Below are positions 9,917 through 19,021 of a stretch of DNA of 64,000 nt, piece after piece. The stretch comes from Anaeromyxobacteraceae bacterium (GTDB lineage Bacteria > Myxococcota > Myxococcia > Myxococcales > Anaeromyxobacteraceae). Numbering within the stretch: position 1 is the stretch's first letter; each line of letters opens with the position of its first letter. The notes below the pieces were generated by a model. The model was not told the DNA's origin, did not search any database, and was given only the letters and a program-made list of their open reading frames with translations. Position numbers and translations under genes: made by a program. The DNA is taken from contig JASGHJ010000002.1 of assembly GCA_047602405.1 (NCBI GenBank), positions 32,001 to 96,000 of the forward strand. The letters are read 5' to 3'.

Positions 9917-10786
9917 TCAGCGCCAGATCGAGCCGGCGTCGCGCGTGTCCTTGCGGTGGTCGTGCTTCGGGTCGACCCGCACGAACGAGCACATCTCGTT
10001 GAGCCTGGAGTAGATGCGGTCGCCCACGCGCTGCGCGAGGGTGATGCTCTCGACGTCGCGCTGGAAGTCGGCGGAGCGGGTGTTCGCGATGCGGCCGGGC
10101 TCCTCGGCGACGACGCGCGACTCGAGGAAGTAGTTCGTCGCGAAGAGCGTCGCGAGGCCGGAGTTGTAGCGGCGGCTGATGAGCTCGTCGAGCATCGACC
10201 GCTCCCAGTCGGTGCCGCGCTCCTTGCCGAGCTCGTCGATGGCGAGCACCGGCACCTTCGCGAGCGGCTCCAGGATCTCCATCTGGCTCCGGTTGGCGGC
10301 GAAGCCGGCCCGGATGTCGGAGAGGAGCAGCATGAACTCGACGTAGCGACAGGGCACGCCCTTCTCGAGCGCGAGGTAGCGGAGCGTCGCGACGAGGAGG
10401 TGCGTCTTGCCGGCGCCGGGCGGGCCGAAGAGGAGGTAGCCCTTCGTCGCCGAGTCGCGCCGGAACTTCTTCGCGAAGTCCTGGGCGGCGTTGCGCGCGC
10501 GCTCGTGGTCGAGCGAGTAGACCTTGAAGCTCTCGAAGCTCGCCCTCGCGACGGCGGCCGGGATGCCGACCTGGTTGAAGCTGCGGATGCGCTCGTCGAG
10601 GTGCCGGCAGGCGCACGGCTGGGCGACCGTGGTGCCGCCGCTCGGCACGAGCACGTAGCCGCTCTCGCCGCAGCGCGGGCAGGCGGCCTGGCAGGGGCAG
10701 CGGCGCGCGCGGGCGTTCTGCCCGAGGACCTGGTCGACGAGGTAGCCCGAGCCGCCGCACTCCGCGCATGTATCCGGGGTGGCCAA
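9917..10786 (-). CDS. DnaC/DnaI/IstB-family AAA+ ATPase (helicase-loader-like) with N-terminal Cys-rich zinc region
   Basis: CxxCxGxG twice plus CxC motifs; Walker A GPPGAGKT, Walker B LAIDELGKE, TLFATN, DRIYSRLNEMC; start chosen at TTG 10786 (uncertain). Confidence 0.8.
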   Translation of the reverse strand: MATPDTCAECGGSGYLVDQVLGQNARARRCPCQAACPRCGESGYVLVPSGGTTVAQPCACRHLDERIRSFNQVGIPAAVARASFESFKVYSLDHERARNAAQDFAKKFRRDSATKGYLLFGPPGAGKTHLLVATLRYLALEKGVPCRYVEFMLLLSDIRAGFAANRSQMEILEPLAKVPVLAIDELGKERGTDWERSMLDELISRRYNSGLATLFATNYFLESRVVAEEPGRIANTRSADFQRDVESITLAQRVGDRIYSRLNEMCSFVRVDPKHDHRKDTRDAGSIWR

Positions 10787-10797
10787 GGCGGCGCAGT

Positions 10798-11469
10798 CTA
10801 CACGGATCCCCGGAGCGGGGTGAGCCCGGCCTCGAGGGCGAGGTCGAGCAGGTGGGCGCGCAGGGCTTCCTTGTGGGCAAGTCTGCTGGTTCCGCGTGGA
10901 CGGCTGCCGCCGAGGAGGCGGACCCGTGCTCCGAGTCCGGCCCGCTCGGGCCGCGGCAGCCCCCGCAGCCACCCCGCGAGGAGCCGGCCGTCGGCCGCGG
11001 AGATGGCGGCGGCGACCCGCTCGAGCGGCGTGCCGGAGAAGGCCTCGACGGTCTCGAGCGCGCGCCACGCGGTGCGGTAGGCGTCGCGGAGCGCCTCGGG
11101 CGCGTCGCGCGAGGCGTCGGCGAGCCGCGCGCGGGCCGCCTCGAGCCGCCGCGCGGCCGCCTCGGCCTCGCCGGGCGGGCCGGGCTGATCCCCCACGCGG
11201 CCGTGCCGGTAGGTGCGCCACTCGTCCTCGACCGCGCCGCGCACCGCGCGCAGCGTCCGCGGCGGACGGGCCTGGCCCTCCTCCGCCAGCCGCTCGAGGC
11301 CGTGGCGGATCCCGCGGCAGACGATCGCCACCGGGATGCCGCGGCGCTCCCACTCGGCCACGAGCTCCTGATCGAGCGGGGAGAGGAGGAGGCCCGAGCC
11401 GCGCAGCGCGAGGAAGTACTCGGCCACGACGAGCGTGTAGTCCAGGCTGTCCTGGGTGAGCTCCGACAC
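10798..11469 (-). CDS. Conserved hypothetical protein with DnaD-like N-terminal motif
   Basis: YFLALRGSGLLLSPLDQELVAEWERRGIPVAIVCRGI recalls the DnaD/DnaB C-terminal domain pattern; directly upstream of the DnaC-like gene. Confidence 0.6.
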   Translation of the reverse strand: MSELTQDSLDYTLVVAEYFLALRGSGLLLSPLDQELVAEWERRGIPVAIVCRGIRHGLERLAEEGQARPPRTLRAVRGAVEDEWRTYRHGRVGDQPGPPGEAEAAARRLEAARARLADASRDAPEALRDAYRTAWRALETVEAFSGTPLERVAAAISAADGRLLAGWLRGLPRPERAGLGARVRLLGGSRPRGTSRLAHKEALRAHLLDLALEAGLTPLRGSV

Positions 11470-11497
11470 GGCCGGAGCTTACCGGGTGGGTACGACG

Positions 11498-12547
11498 CTA
11501 TCCCCTGATCGCGAGCGCGACCTGGTGCGCGTCGCCGGGGCGCTTCGCGGGGTCCTTCGCGAGGAGCGCCTCGGCGAGCTCGGCGAGGCGGCCGTCGACG
11601 CCGGGGTTGATCTCGCGGAGCGGCGCCGGGTGGCCGCTCAGGATCTCGCGCCACAGCGTCACCGGATCGCGCGCGGGGCAGGGCGGCACGCCGCCGAGGA
11701 ACTCGTAGAGGATCACGCCGAGGCTGTAGAGGTCGCTCGCGGGGCCGACGGGCCGCGCCTGCGCCTGCTCGGGCGACATGTAGCGGTAGGTGCCGACGAT
11801 GCGGCCGGTCGCGGTGAGCGCCTCGTCGGCCTCGGCGGCCGCCTTGACGAGGCCGAAGTCCATGAGGCGCGCGCGGCGGAGGTCGTCGACCATCACGTTC
11901 GACGGCTTGAGGTCGCGGTGCACGAGCCCGCGGGCGTGCACGTAGGCGAGCGCCTCGGCCACCTGCGAGAGCGCGCCGCGCAGGCGCGCCAGCCGCTCCG
12001 GCCGGTTGAGCGCGAGGAGCGCCTCGGGGCCGGGCGGCGGGATGGGGTCGGTCGAGCCGTCGTCGGCGCGGGTGCGGCCGGCGCCGGGCCAGCGCTCCGG
12101 CTCGGTCTCGGGCTCGTCCATCATCGAGGCGAGCGCGCGGATGGCGGCGGCGCCGCTCGAGGGCTCCCAGGCGGCCTCGCTGGAGCCGAGCTCGAGCGGG
12201 GAGTCCTCCGCAGCGCGCGCGCCCGCGTCGATCTCGGCGGAGAGGTAGGCGCGCAGGTCGAGCCCGAGCACGAGCTCCATCGCCAGGTAGGAGTACCCCT
12301 CCGCCACCCCCGCGTCGAAGACCTTCACGACGTTCGGGTGATCGAGGGTGCGGAGCACCTCGAACTCGCGGGCGAGGCGGCGGGCGGCGGTCGCATCGAC
12401 CGCGGGTGAAGGTCCGAGCACCTTCACCGCGGCCTCCCGGCCGTCCACGTGGTGGCGCCCCCGGTACACGGTACCGATCCCGCCGCGCCCGAGGACGGAC
12501 AGGATCTCGTACGGGCCGATGTGACGCGGAGGCACGATCCGCAGCAT
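11498..12547 (-). CDS. Serine/threonine protein kinase (Hanks type)
   Basis: LGRGGIGTVY, AAVKVL, HRDLKPSN, DFG, GTYRYMSPEQ, SDLYSLG. Confidence 0.95.
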   Translation of the reverse strand: MLRIVPPRHIGPYEILSVLGRGGIGTVYRGRHHVDGREAAVKVLGPSPAVDATAARRLAREFEVLRTLDHPNVVKVFDAGVAEGYSYLAMELVLGLDLRAYLSAEIDAGARAAEDSPLELGSSEAAWEPSSGAAAIRALASMMDEPETEPERWPGAGRTRADDGSTDPIPPPGPEALLALNRPERLARLRGALSQVAEALAYVHARGLVHRDLKPSNVMVDDLRRARLMDFGLVKAAAEADEALTATGRIVGTYRYMSPEQAQARPVGPASDLYSLGVILYEFLGGVPPCPARDPVTLWREILSGHPAPLREINPGVDGRLAELAEALLAKDPAKRPGDAHQVALAIRG

Positions 12548-12660
12548 AGGGGGCTCGAGAAGCCCTCCGCAAACCCGCGGCCGCCGGCGACCCGTCCCGC
12601 GCGGACCCCGGGTTCGTACGGACGGGGACCCCTGCGGTTTCCCGTGCTATAAGCCCGCGC

Positions 12661-13422
12661 GTGACCGGGGACCCGACCGTGGCGGAGCTCGAGGCGCGGG
12701 TGAAGGCGCGCCCGCTGCCCGCGCACGTCGCCATCATCATGGACGGGAACGGCCGCTGGGCCGAGGCGCGCGGGCTCCCCCGCGTGGCTGGCCACCGGGA
12801 GGGCGCCGAGGCCGTGCGGGCCGTCACCCGCACCGCCCGCCGGGTGGGGCTGAAGTGCCTCACGCTCTACGCCTTCAGCGCGGAGAACTGGGCGCGCCCG
12901 GAGGACGAGGTCGGCGCGCTCATGGAGCTCCTCGCCGACTTCCTCGAGAGCGAGCGCCCCGAGATGATGGAGAACGGCATCCGCCTCGAGGCGATCGGCG
13001 ACCTCGGGCGGCTGCCCCCGCGCGTGCAGGCGAAGCTCGCCTCGGTGCGCGAGGAGACCTCGCGCAACACCGGCATGATCCTCGACCTCGCGCTCTCCTA
13101 CGGCGGCCAGCAGGAGCTCGTGCAGGCCGCGCGCAGGGCCGCCGCCGAGAAGGGCGCCGCGCTCGAGGCCGCCGACCTCGAGAAGCACCTGTGGACGGCC
13201 GCGCTCCCGCCGCTCGACCTCCTCGTGCGCACGAGCGGCGAGCGCCGCATCTCGAACTTCCTCCTCTGGCAGTGCGCGTACGCCGAGCTCCTCTTCTCCG
13301 AGGTGCTCTGGCCGGACTTCCGCGACCGCGAGCTGCTCATGGCCGTGCAGGACTTCCAGGGCCGCCAGCGGCGCTTCGGCCTCACCACCGCCCAGGTCGA
13401 AGACGGCAGGGGGCCGGTCTAG
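12661..13422 (+). CDS. uppS: Undecaprenyl diphosphate synthase
   Basis: HVAIIMDGNGRWA, YAFSAENW, RTSGERRISNFLLWQ. Confidence 0.97.
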   Translation: MTGDPTVAELEARVKARPLPAHVAIIMDGNGRWAEARGLPRVAGHREGAEAVRAVTRTARRVGLKCLTLYAFSAENWARPEDEVGALMELLADFLESERPEMMENGIRLEAIGDLGRLPPRVQAKLASVREETSRNTGMILDLALSYGGQQELVQAARRAAAEKGAALEAADLEKHLWTAALPPLDLLVRTSGERRISNFLLWQCAYAELLFSEVLWPDFRDRELLMAVQDFQGRQRRFGLTTAQVEDGRGPV

Positions 13423-14259
13423 ATGGCGCTCGACGCCTCGAACCGCAGGAACCTCGTCACCCGGATCGTCACGGCCCTCGTGCTCCTGCCGTCGGCGGTC
13501 TGGCTCACCTGGCTCGGCGGCCTGCCGTTCGCGATCCTCGCCAGCGTCGCCGCCGCGATCATGGCGGGCGAGCTCATCCTCATGTTCGGCGGGCGCGGCG
13601 CGCCGGCGGGCCTGGGCGCGGCGGTGGCGGGCGCGTTCCCGCTCGCGACCCTCGCCGCGCCGCACGGGCAGCTCCTCCCGGGCTGGTTCCCGATCGCCCT
13701 CGCGTTCGCGACCATCCTGGTGATGGTGCTGTTCCTCCTTCGCGACGCGCCGCTCGAGGAGATCCCGCGCGGCCTGTCCATCGTCGGCCTGTCGTGGCTC
13801 TACTGCGGGCTCCTCCTCACCCCGCTCGCCGGGCTGCGGGATCACCTGCCCCACGGCTTCGGCTGGGTGGTGCTCGCGTTCCTCGCCACGTGGGGCAACG
13901 ACACCTTCGCGTACTTCGCGGGCCACCTCCTCGGGAAGCACAAGCTCGCGCCGCGCATCTCGCCCAAGAAGACCTGGGAGGGCTTCTTCGGCGGCGTCCT
14001 CGGCAGCCTGGTGGGCACCTCGCTCGTCTGGTGGCTGCTCCTGCGGGACCAGCTCGGGTTCGCCGACGTGGCCGCCCTCGCGGGCGGCGCGTCCGTGCTC
14101 GGGCCGCTCGGGGACCTCGCCGAGTCGCTGCTCAAGCGCGCGGCCGGGGTGAAGGACTCGTCGCAGATCGTCCCCGGCCACGGCGGGTTGCTCGACCGGG
14201 TCGACGCGCTCCTCTTCGTGGGGCCCTGGGTCTACCTGTACGCCGCGTACCTGAGGTAG
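13423..14259 (+). CDS. cdsA: Phosphatidate cytidylyltransferase
   Basis: DTFAYFAG, ISPKKTWEG, GDLAESLLKR..KDS..PGHGGLLDRVD. Confidence 0.97.
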   Translation: MALDASNRRNLVTRIVTALVLLPSAVWLTWLGGLPFAILASVAAAIMAGELILMFGGRGAPAGLGAAVAGAFPLATLAAPHGQLLPGWFPIALAFATILVMVLFLLRDAPLEEIPRGLSIVGLSWLYCGLLLTPLAGLRDHLPHGFGWVVLAFLATWGNDTFAYFAGHLLGKHKLAPRISPKKTWEGFFGGVLGSLVGTSLVWWLLLRDQLGFADVAALAGGASVLGPLGDLAESLLKRAAGVKDSSQIVPGHGGLLDRVDALLFVGPWVYLYAAYLR

Positions 14260-14319
14260 GGCCGGCCCGCCGGGGACGGCCTCGGCGCCGCCCCCGCGAC
14301 CGTGCTAGTAATCCCGCGC

Positions 14320-15474
14320 GTGAAGCGGCTCGCGATCCTCGGCTCCACCGGCTCCATCGGCGTGCAGGCGCTCGACGTCGTGTCGCGCTGCCCCGACCGC
14401 TTCCAGGTCGTCACCCTCGCGGCCGGGAAGAACGTCGACCGGCTCGAGGCCCAGGTGCGGGCGTTCCGGCCGAAGGTCGTGGGCGTCGCCGACGCGGAGG
14501 CCGCGCGCGCCCTGCGCGGCCGGGTCCCGGCCGGCGTCGAGATCGTGCCGGGCGAGGCGGGCGCGGTCGCCGCGGCCCAGCACCCGGACGTCGACCTCGT
14601 GCTCGCCGCGATCTCCGGCGGCGCCGGCCTGCGCTCCACCGCGGCCGCCATCGAGGCCGGCAAGCCGGTCGGGCTCGCGAACAAGGAGTCGATGGTGCTC
14701 GCGGGCGAGCTCCTCATGGCGCGCGCCGCCGCGAAGGGGCTCCCAATCCTGCCGGTCGACTCGGAGCACTCCGCCATCCACCAGTCGCTCGTGGGGCACG
14801 ATCGCGCCTTCGTGCGCCGGCTCATCCTCACCGCGTCGGGCGGGCCGCTCCGCACCATGCCCGCCGGCGAGCTCGCCGCGGTCACGCCGGCCCGGGCGCT
14901 CAAGCACCCGAACTGGTCGATGGGCGACAAGATCACGATCGACTCCGCGACGCTCATGAACAAGGGGCTCGAGGTCATCGAGGCCCGCTGGCTCTTCGGC
15001 GTCGAGCCGAGCCGCATCGACATCGTGGTGCACCCGGAGTCGATCGTGCACTCGATGGTCGAGTACGTGGACGGCTCGATGGTGGCGCAGCTCGGGGTGT
15101 CGGACATGCGCGGGCCGATCAGCTACGCGCTCGCGCACCCGGGGCGCGTCGCGCTCGACTTGAAGCCCCTCGACCTCGCGAAGCTCGGCCGGCTCACCTT
15201 CGAGACCCCCGATCCGGCGCGCTTCCCGGCGTACACGCTCGCCTACCGCGCGCTCGAGCGCGGCGGCACCGCGCCGGCCGCGCTGTCCGGCGCGGACGAG
15301 GCCGCGGTGGCGGCGTTCCTCGCCGGGCGGTGCCGGTTCACCGACATCGCGGACGTGTGCGCCGCGGTGCTCGAGGCCCACCCGGTGGAGCCCGTCCGGT
15401 CGGTGGAGCAGGCCCTCGAGGCGAGCGAGTGGGGCCGCCGCGAGGCCGAGAAGCGCGTCTCCCGCCGGGTCTAG
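14320..15474 (+). CDS. dxr: 1-deoxy-D-xylulose-5-phosphate reductoisomerase
   Basis: LGSTGSIG, LANKES, PVDSEHSA, HPNWSMGDKITIDSATLMNKGLE; GTG start at 14320. Confidence 0.97.
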   Translation: MKRLAILGSTGSIGVQALDVVSRCPDRFQVVTLAAGKNVDRLEAQVRAFRPKVVGVADAEAARALRGRVPAGVEIVPGEAGAVAAAQHPDVDLVLAAISGGAGLRSTAAAIEAGKPVGLANKESMVLAGELLMARAAAKGLPILPVDSEHSAIHQSLVGHDRAFVRRLILTASGGPLRTMPAGELAAVTPARALKHPNWSMGDKITIDSATLMNKGLEVIEARWLFGVEPSRIDIVVHPESIVHSMVEYVDGSMVAQLGVSDMRGPISYALAHPGRVALDLKPLDLAKLGRLTFETPDPARFPAYTLAYRALERGGTAPAALSGADEAAVAAFLAGRCRFTDIADVCAAVLEAHPVEPVRSVEQALEASEWGRREAEKRVSRRV

Positions 15475-15483
15475 CATCCGACC

Positions 15484-15515
15484 CCGTTCGCCCTGAGCCC
15501 GTCGAAGGGCGAACG
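15484..15515 (+). repeat. Short REP-like variant, copy 5
   Basis: CCGTTCGCCCTGAGC-cc-GTCGAAGGGCGAACG; outer arms CGTTCGCCCT/AGGGCGAACG are perfect inverted repeats; inner hairpin absent. Confidence 0.7.
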
Positions 15516-15553
15516 ATCGAGCGCCGGGGGCCGGTCCGGGCTAACTTGTCGGG

Positions 15554-17230
15554 ATGCCGGACGTCCTCGTGAAGGTCGCCTCCATCGTCGTCCTCCTGGG
15601 CGGCCTCATCTTCGTCCACGAGCTCGGGCACTTCCTCGTCGCGAAGCTGCTGCGCGTGAAGGTGGTGCGCTTCTCGATCGGGTTCGGGCCCCGCCTGTTC
15701 GGGTTCACCCGCGGGGAGACGGAGTACCGGATCGCGGCGCTCCCGCTCGGCGGCTACGTGAAGATGGCGGGCGACGACCCGACCGAGGAGGTCGCCCCGG
15801 AGGACGTCGGCCGCGGCTTCCTCGAGCAGGCCCCCTGGAAGCGGCTCGTCATCGCGCTCGCGGGGCCGGTCGCGAACCTGGTCTTCCCCGGCGTCATCTT
15901 CATCTCGCTCTTCCTCGCCCAGAACGGGAACCCGGTGCCGGCGCCGGTGGTGGGCACCGTGACCCCCGGCTCGCCCGCGGAGCAGGCGGGCCTGCGGCCG
16001 GGCGACCGCATCCTCTCCGTCGCGCCCCCGGGCGGCGCCGCCGTGCCGGTCCGGTACCACGGCGACGTGCGCGAGCTCGTGTCGCCTCACCCGGGCGAGG
16101 CCCTCACGCTGCGCGTCGAGCGCGACGGCAAGGAGCTCCCGCCGCTCACGCTCGTGCCCGCGCCCATCGAGGACACGAGCCCGGTCGAGACCACCCGGCG
16201 CGGCGTCATCGGCATCGGCTTCATGTATACCGCCGCGGTCGTCGCGCCGCCCGCCCCCGGCGCGGCCGGGCCGCTCGAGGCGTTCGACGTCGTCACCCAG
16301 GCCGGCGGGAAGCCCATCCGCCACATGGCCGACCTCGACCGCGCGCTCGCGGCGGCGGCGTGCCGGCCGCTCGATCTCCAGGTGCTGCGCGAGAAGCCCC
16401 TCCCGATGCCGGGCGCGGTGCTCGCCGACTTCGAGCCCGTGAACCTCGCCGCCGTCCCGACCTGCGACGGCGCCGGCAAGCGCACAATCCAGCCCGCCGA
16501 CGAGGAGGTCTCGACCTTCATCGCCTCGGTCACGCCGGGGAGCCCCGCCGAGAAGGCGGGCCTGCGCCGCGGCGACGCGCTCGTCTCGGTGAACGGGAAG
16601 CCGGTGCGGACCTTCCGCGAGGTGAACACCGTCGGCCGCGAGTTCCTCGCCGGCAAGCCCGTCGAGCTCGCGCTCCTCGACGGCCGGACCGTGTCGATCC
16701 TCCCGTCCACCGAGGGCTACGTCGACGAGCTCACGAAGGAGAAGAAGGAGCGGGTCGTCATCGGGTTCGCACCCGACCGGCGCAACGCCGTCGATCCGAA
16801 GCAGCTCCTCGTGCCGGAGGTCAACCTCGTCCGGCCGCTCGGCGAGATCATGTCGCTCGCGGTGAGCCAGCTCACCGCGGTCGTCCGGCTCATGGTGCTC
16901 GGCATCGGCCGCATCTTCACCGGGGACATCTCGTTCAAGACGGTGGGCGGGCCGATCATGCTGTTCCAGATCGCGAGCGAGGCCGCGGAGGAGGGGCTCG
17001 GCGAGTTCCTGTTCCAGATGGCGCTCATCAGCGTGAACCTGGGGCTCATGAACCTGTTGCCGATCCCGGTGCTCGACGGCGGCCACATCACCCAGGCGCT
17101 CGTGGAGTCGATCACGCGCCGGCCGCTCTCCCTCCGGGCGCGCGAGGTCGCGAACGTGATCGGGCTCGTCCTGCTCGTCACGCTCATGATCTTCGTCTTC
17201 AAGAACGACATCGTGCGGCTGATCGGGTAA
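15554..17230 (+). CDS. rseP: RIP metalloprotease RseP with PDZ domains
   Basis: HELGH zinc motif, FSIGFGP, PLGGYVKM, NLLPIPVLDGG, repeated TPGSPAE.AGL PDZ motifs. Confidence 0.97.
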   Translation: MPDVLVKVASIVVLLGGLIFVHELGHFLVAKLLRVKVVRFSIGFGPRLFGFTRGETEYRIAALPLGGYVKMAGDDPTEEVAPEDVGRGFLEQAPWKRLVIALAGPVANLVFPGVIFISLFLAQNGNPVPAPVVGTVTPGSPAEQAGLRPGDRILSVAPPGGAAVPVRYHGDVRELVSPHPGEALTLRVERDGKELPPLTLVPAPIEDTSPVETTRRGVIGIGFMYTAAVVAPPAPGAAGPLEAFDVVTQAGGKPIRHMADLDRALAAAACRPLDLQVLREKPLPMPGAVLADFEPVNLAAVPTCDGAGKRTIQPADEEVSTFIASVTPGSPAEKAGLRRGDALVSVNGKPVRTFREVNTVGREFLAGKPVELALLDGRTVSILPSTEGYVDELTKEKKERVVIGFAPDRRNAVDPKQLLVPEVNLVRPLGEIMSLAVSQLTAVVRLMVLGIGRIFTGDISFKTVGGPIMLFQIASEAAEEGLGEFLFQMALISVNLGLMNLLPIPVLDGGHITQALVESITRRPLSLRAREVANVIGLVLLVTLMIFVFKNDIVRLIG

Positions 17231-17242
17231 ACCCCCGTCCGC

Positions 17243-17995
17243 ATGCTGATCGCGGCCCTGGATACGGCGACCCTCGCGCTCTCCAGCGCGCTCGTGGAGC
17301 TCGCCCCCGGTGCGGAGCCCCGGGTCGTGCGCGCGCGCACCGAGCACGCGCCGGCGAAGCCCGGGCCGGGCCAGGTCGGTGGGCACGGGCACCGGCTGCC
17401 GGGCATCCTGACCGACCTCCTCGCGGAGGCGGGCCTCGAGCTGTCCGCGATCGAGGGCTACGCGATCGGGATCGGGCCGGGATCGTTCACCGGGCTGCGC
17501 ATCGGGCTCGCGACGTGGAAGGGGCTCGCGTACGCCGCGCGCCGGCCGCTCGCGGGCGCGTCCAGCCTCGCGGCGATGGCGCTCGCGGCCGCGCGGACCG
17601 CGCCCGCGGGCACGCTCCTCGTGCCCGCGCTCGACGCGAAGAAGAACGAGGTCTACGCCGGGTTCTACCGGGCCGCCGCGGGGCGCGTGGAGGCGGCCGC
17701 CCCGGAGGCGGCGCTGCCGGCGGCGGCGCTCGCCGGGCGGCTCGAGGCCGAGCCGGGCGCGGTCGTGTTCGGGCCGGGGCGCGAGGCCTACGCGGCCGCG
17801 CTGGAGCCCTTCGCGCGGCCGGGTGCGGAGGTCGCGCACCCCGGCGCCGTCGAGATCGCCGCGCTCGCGGCGCCGAGGCTCCTCGGGGTCGCGTTCGACC
17901 CGCAGGCGATCTTCGCGCTCGAGCCGCACTACGTCCGCGCGAGCGAGGCGGAGCTCAAGTTCCCGCACGGGCTCGGGCCGGGGGCGGGGAAGTAG
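17243..17995 (+). CDS. tsaB: tRNA threonylcarbamoyladenosine biosynthesis protein TsaB
   Basis: ALDTAT, GIGPGSFTGLRIG, LDAKKNEVY, LEPHYVR. Confidence 0.93.
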   Translation: MLIAALDTATLALSSALVELAPGAEPRVVRARTEHAPAKPGPGQVGGHGHRLPGILTDLLAEAGLELSAIEGYAIGIGPGSFTGLRIGLATWKGLAYAARRPLAGASSLAAMALAAARTAPAGTLLVPALDAKKNEVYAGFYRAAAGRVEAAAPEAALPAAALAGRLEAEPGAVVFGPGREAYAAALEPFARPGAEVAHPGAVEIAALAAPRLLGVAFDPQAIFALEPHYVRASEAELKFPHGLGPGAGK

Positions 17996-18046
17996 CGTCC
18001 CTCGACTCCGGCCCGCCTTCGGCGGGCCTACGCTCGGGATGAACGG
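17996..18046 (-). repeat. REP-like copy 6 (reverse)
   Basis: CGTCCCTCGACTCC-GGCCCGCC ttc GGCGGGCC-TACGCTCGGGATGAACGG immediately after the tsaB stop. Confidence 0.8.
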
Positions 18047-18093
18047 ATCCGGTTCGCATGGCGCAGTGCCCCGCCCACGCTTAGCCTCGCCCC

Positions 18094-19005
18094 ATGCACG
18101 TCTTCCTCACCGGCGCGACCGGGCTCATCGGGCGCCACCTCGCGGCGGCGCTCGTCGCGCGCGGCGACTCGGTCACCGGCCTCTCCCGCAGCCCGGGCGG
18201 CGCGGCGAGGCTCGCGAAGGGCGCCTCGCCCGTCGTGGGCGATCCGTCCGCGCCGGGCGCCTGGCAGGACGTCCTCGCGAAGGCCGACGCCTGCGTGCAC
18301 CTCGCGGGCGATCCGATCGTGGAGGGCCGCTGGACCGACGAGAAGAAGCGGCGCATCCGCGAAAGCCGGGTGGTGTCGACCGGCCTCGTCGCGGAGACGA
18401 TCGCGAAGGGCGGGCCGGGCGTGCTCGTGTCGGGGAGCGCGGTCGGCTGGTACGGCGACCGCGGCGACGAGGTGCTCGACGAGGGCGCCGCCGCGGGCAA
18501 GGGCTTCCTGCCGGACGTCTTGCAGGGCGTGGGAGGACGCCGCCGCGCCCGCCGCGGGCCGCGCGCGGACGGTGCTCCTGCGCACCGGGATCGTGCTCTC
18601 GCCGGAGGGCGGGGCGCTGCCGCCGCTCGTCCTGCCGTTCAGGCTCTTCGCCGGCGGGCCGCTCGGGAGCGGCCGGCACTGGCAGCCCTGGGTCCACCTC
18701 GCCGACATGGTCCGGCTCGTCCTGTTCGCGCTCGACGACGCGCGCGTCCGCGGCCCGCTCAACTGCGCGGGACCCGAGCCGGTCCAGAACAGGGAGCTCG
18801 CCCGCGCCATCGGAAGACGCTGCACCGGCCGAGCTTCATGCCCGCGCCCGAGCTCGCCATCCGGGCCGCGCTCGGCGAGGCCGCGGCGGTCGTGCTCGCG
18901 AGCCAGCGGGTCGTGCCGAAGAAGGCCCTCGACCTCGGGTTCCGCTTCGAGTACCCCACGATCGACGCCGCGCTCCGGGACCTGCTCGGGAGCCGCGCGG
19001 CGTAA
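18094..19005 (+). CDS. TIGR01777/YfcH-family NAD-dependent epimerase; two compensating indels (~18520 and ~18813)
   Basis: TGATGLIG, RWT..KK..IRESRV, SAVGWYG; the middle (LRTGIVLS..GGAL..GGPLGSGRHWQPWVH) is in another frame; C-terminus LASQRVVPKKALDLGFRF is back in frame. Confidence 0.88.
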   Translation: MHVFLTGATGLIGRHLAAALVARGDSVTGLSRSPGGAARLAKGASPVVGDPSAPGAWQDVLAKADACVHLAGDPIVEGRWTDEKKRRIRESRVVSTGLVAETIAKGGPGVLVSGSAVGWYGDRGDEVLDEGAAAGKGFLPDVLQGVGGRRRARRGPRADGAPAHRDRALAGGRGAAAARPAVQALRRRAARERPALAALGPPRRHGPARPVRARRRARPRPAQLRGTRAGPEQGARPRHRKTLHRPSFMPAPELAIRAALGEAAAVVLASQRVVPKKALDLGFRFEYPTIDAALRDLLGSRAA

Positions 19006-19021
19006 GGACCGGAGCCCAAGC

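Noticed and set aside
9917..10786. IS21 element (IstB)
   Set aside because: No IstA transposase or terminal inverted repeats; the Cys-rich N-terminus fits a helicase loader
9825..12863. Very long Arg/Gly/Pro-rich ORFs in the track (e.g. 9825..12863, 38879..42004, 49997..53590, 53897..56878)
   Set aside because: Shadow ORFs caused by scarce stop codons in high-GC DNA; they overlap well-supported genes in other frames
18519..18815. Alternative-frame segment in the TIGR01777 gene as real frameshift evolution
   Set aside because: The conserved family sequence is intact in the shifted frame; two compensating indel errors (one in a CTGCAG context) explain it. One instance is too few to claim a second methylated motif
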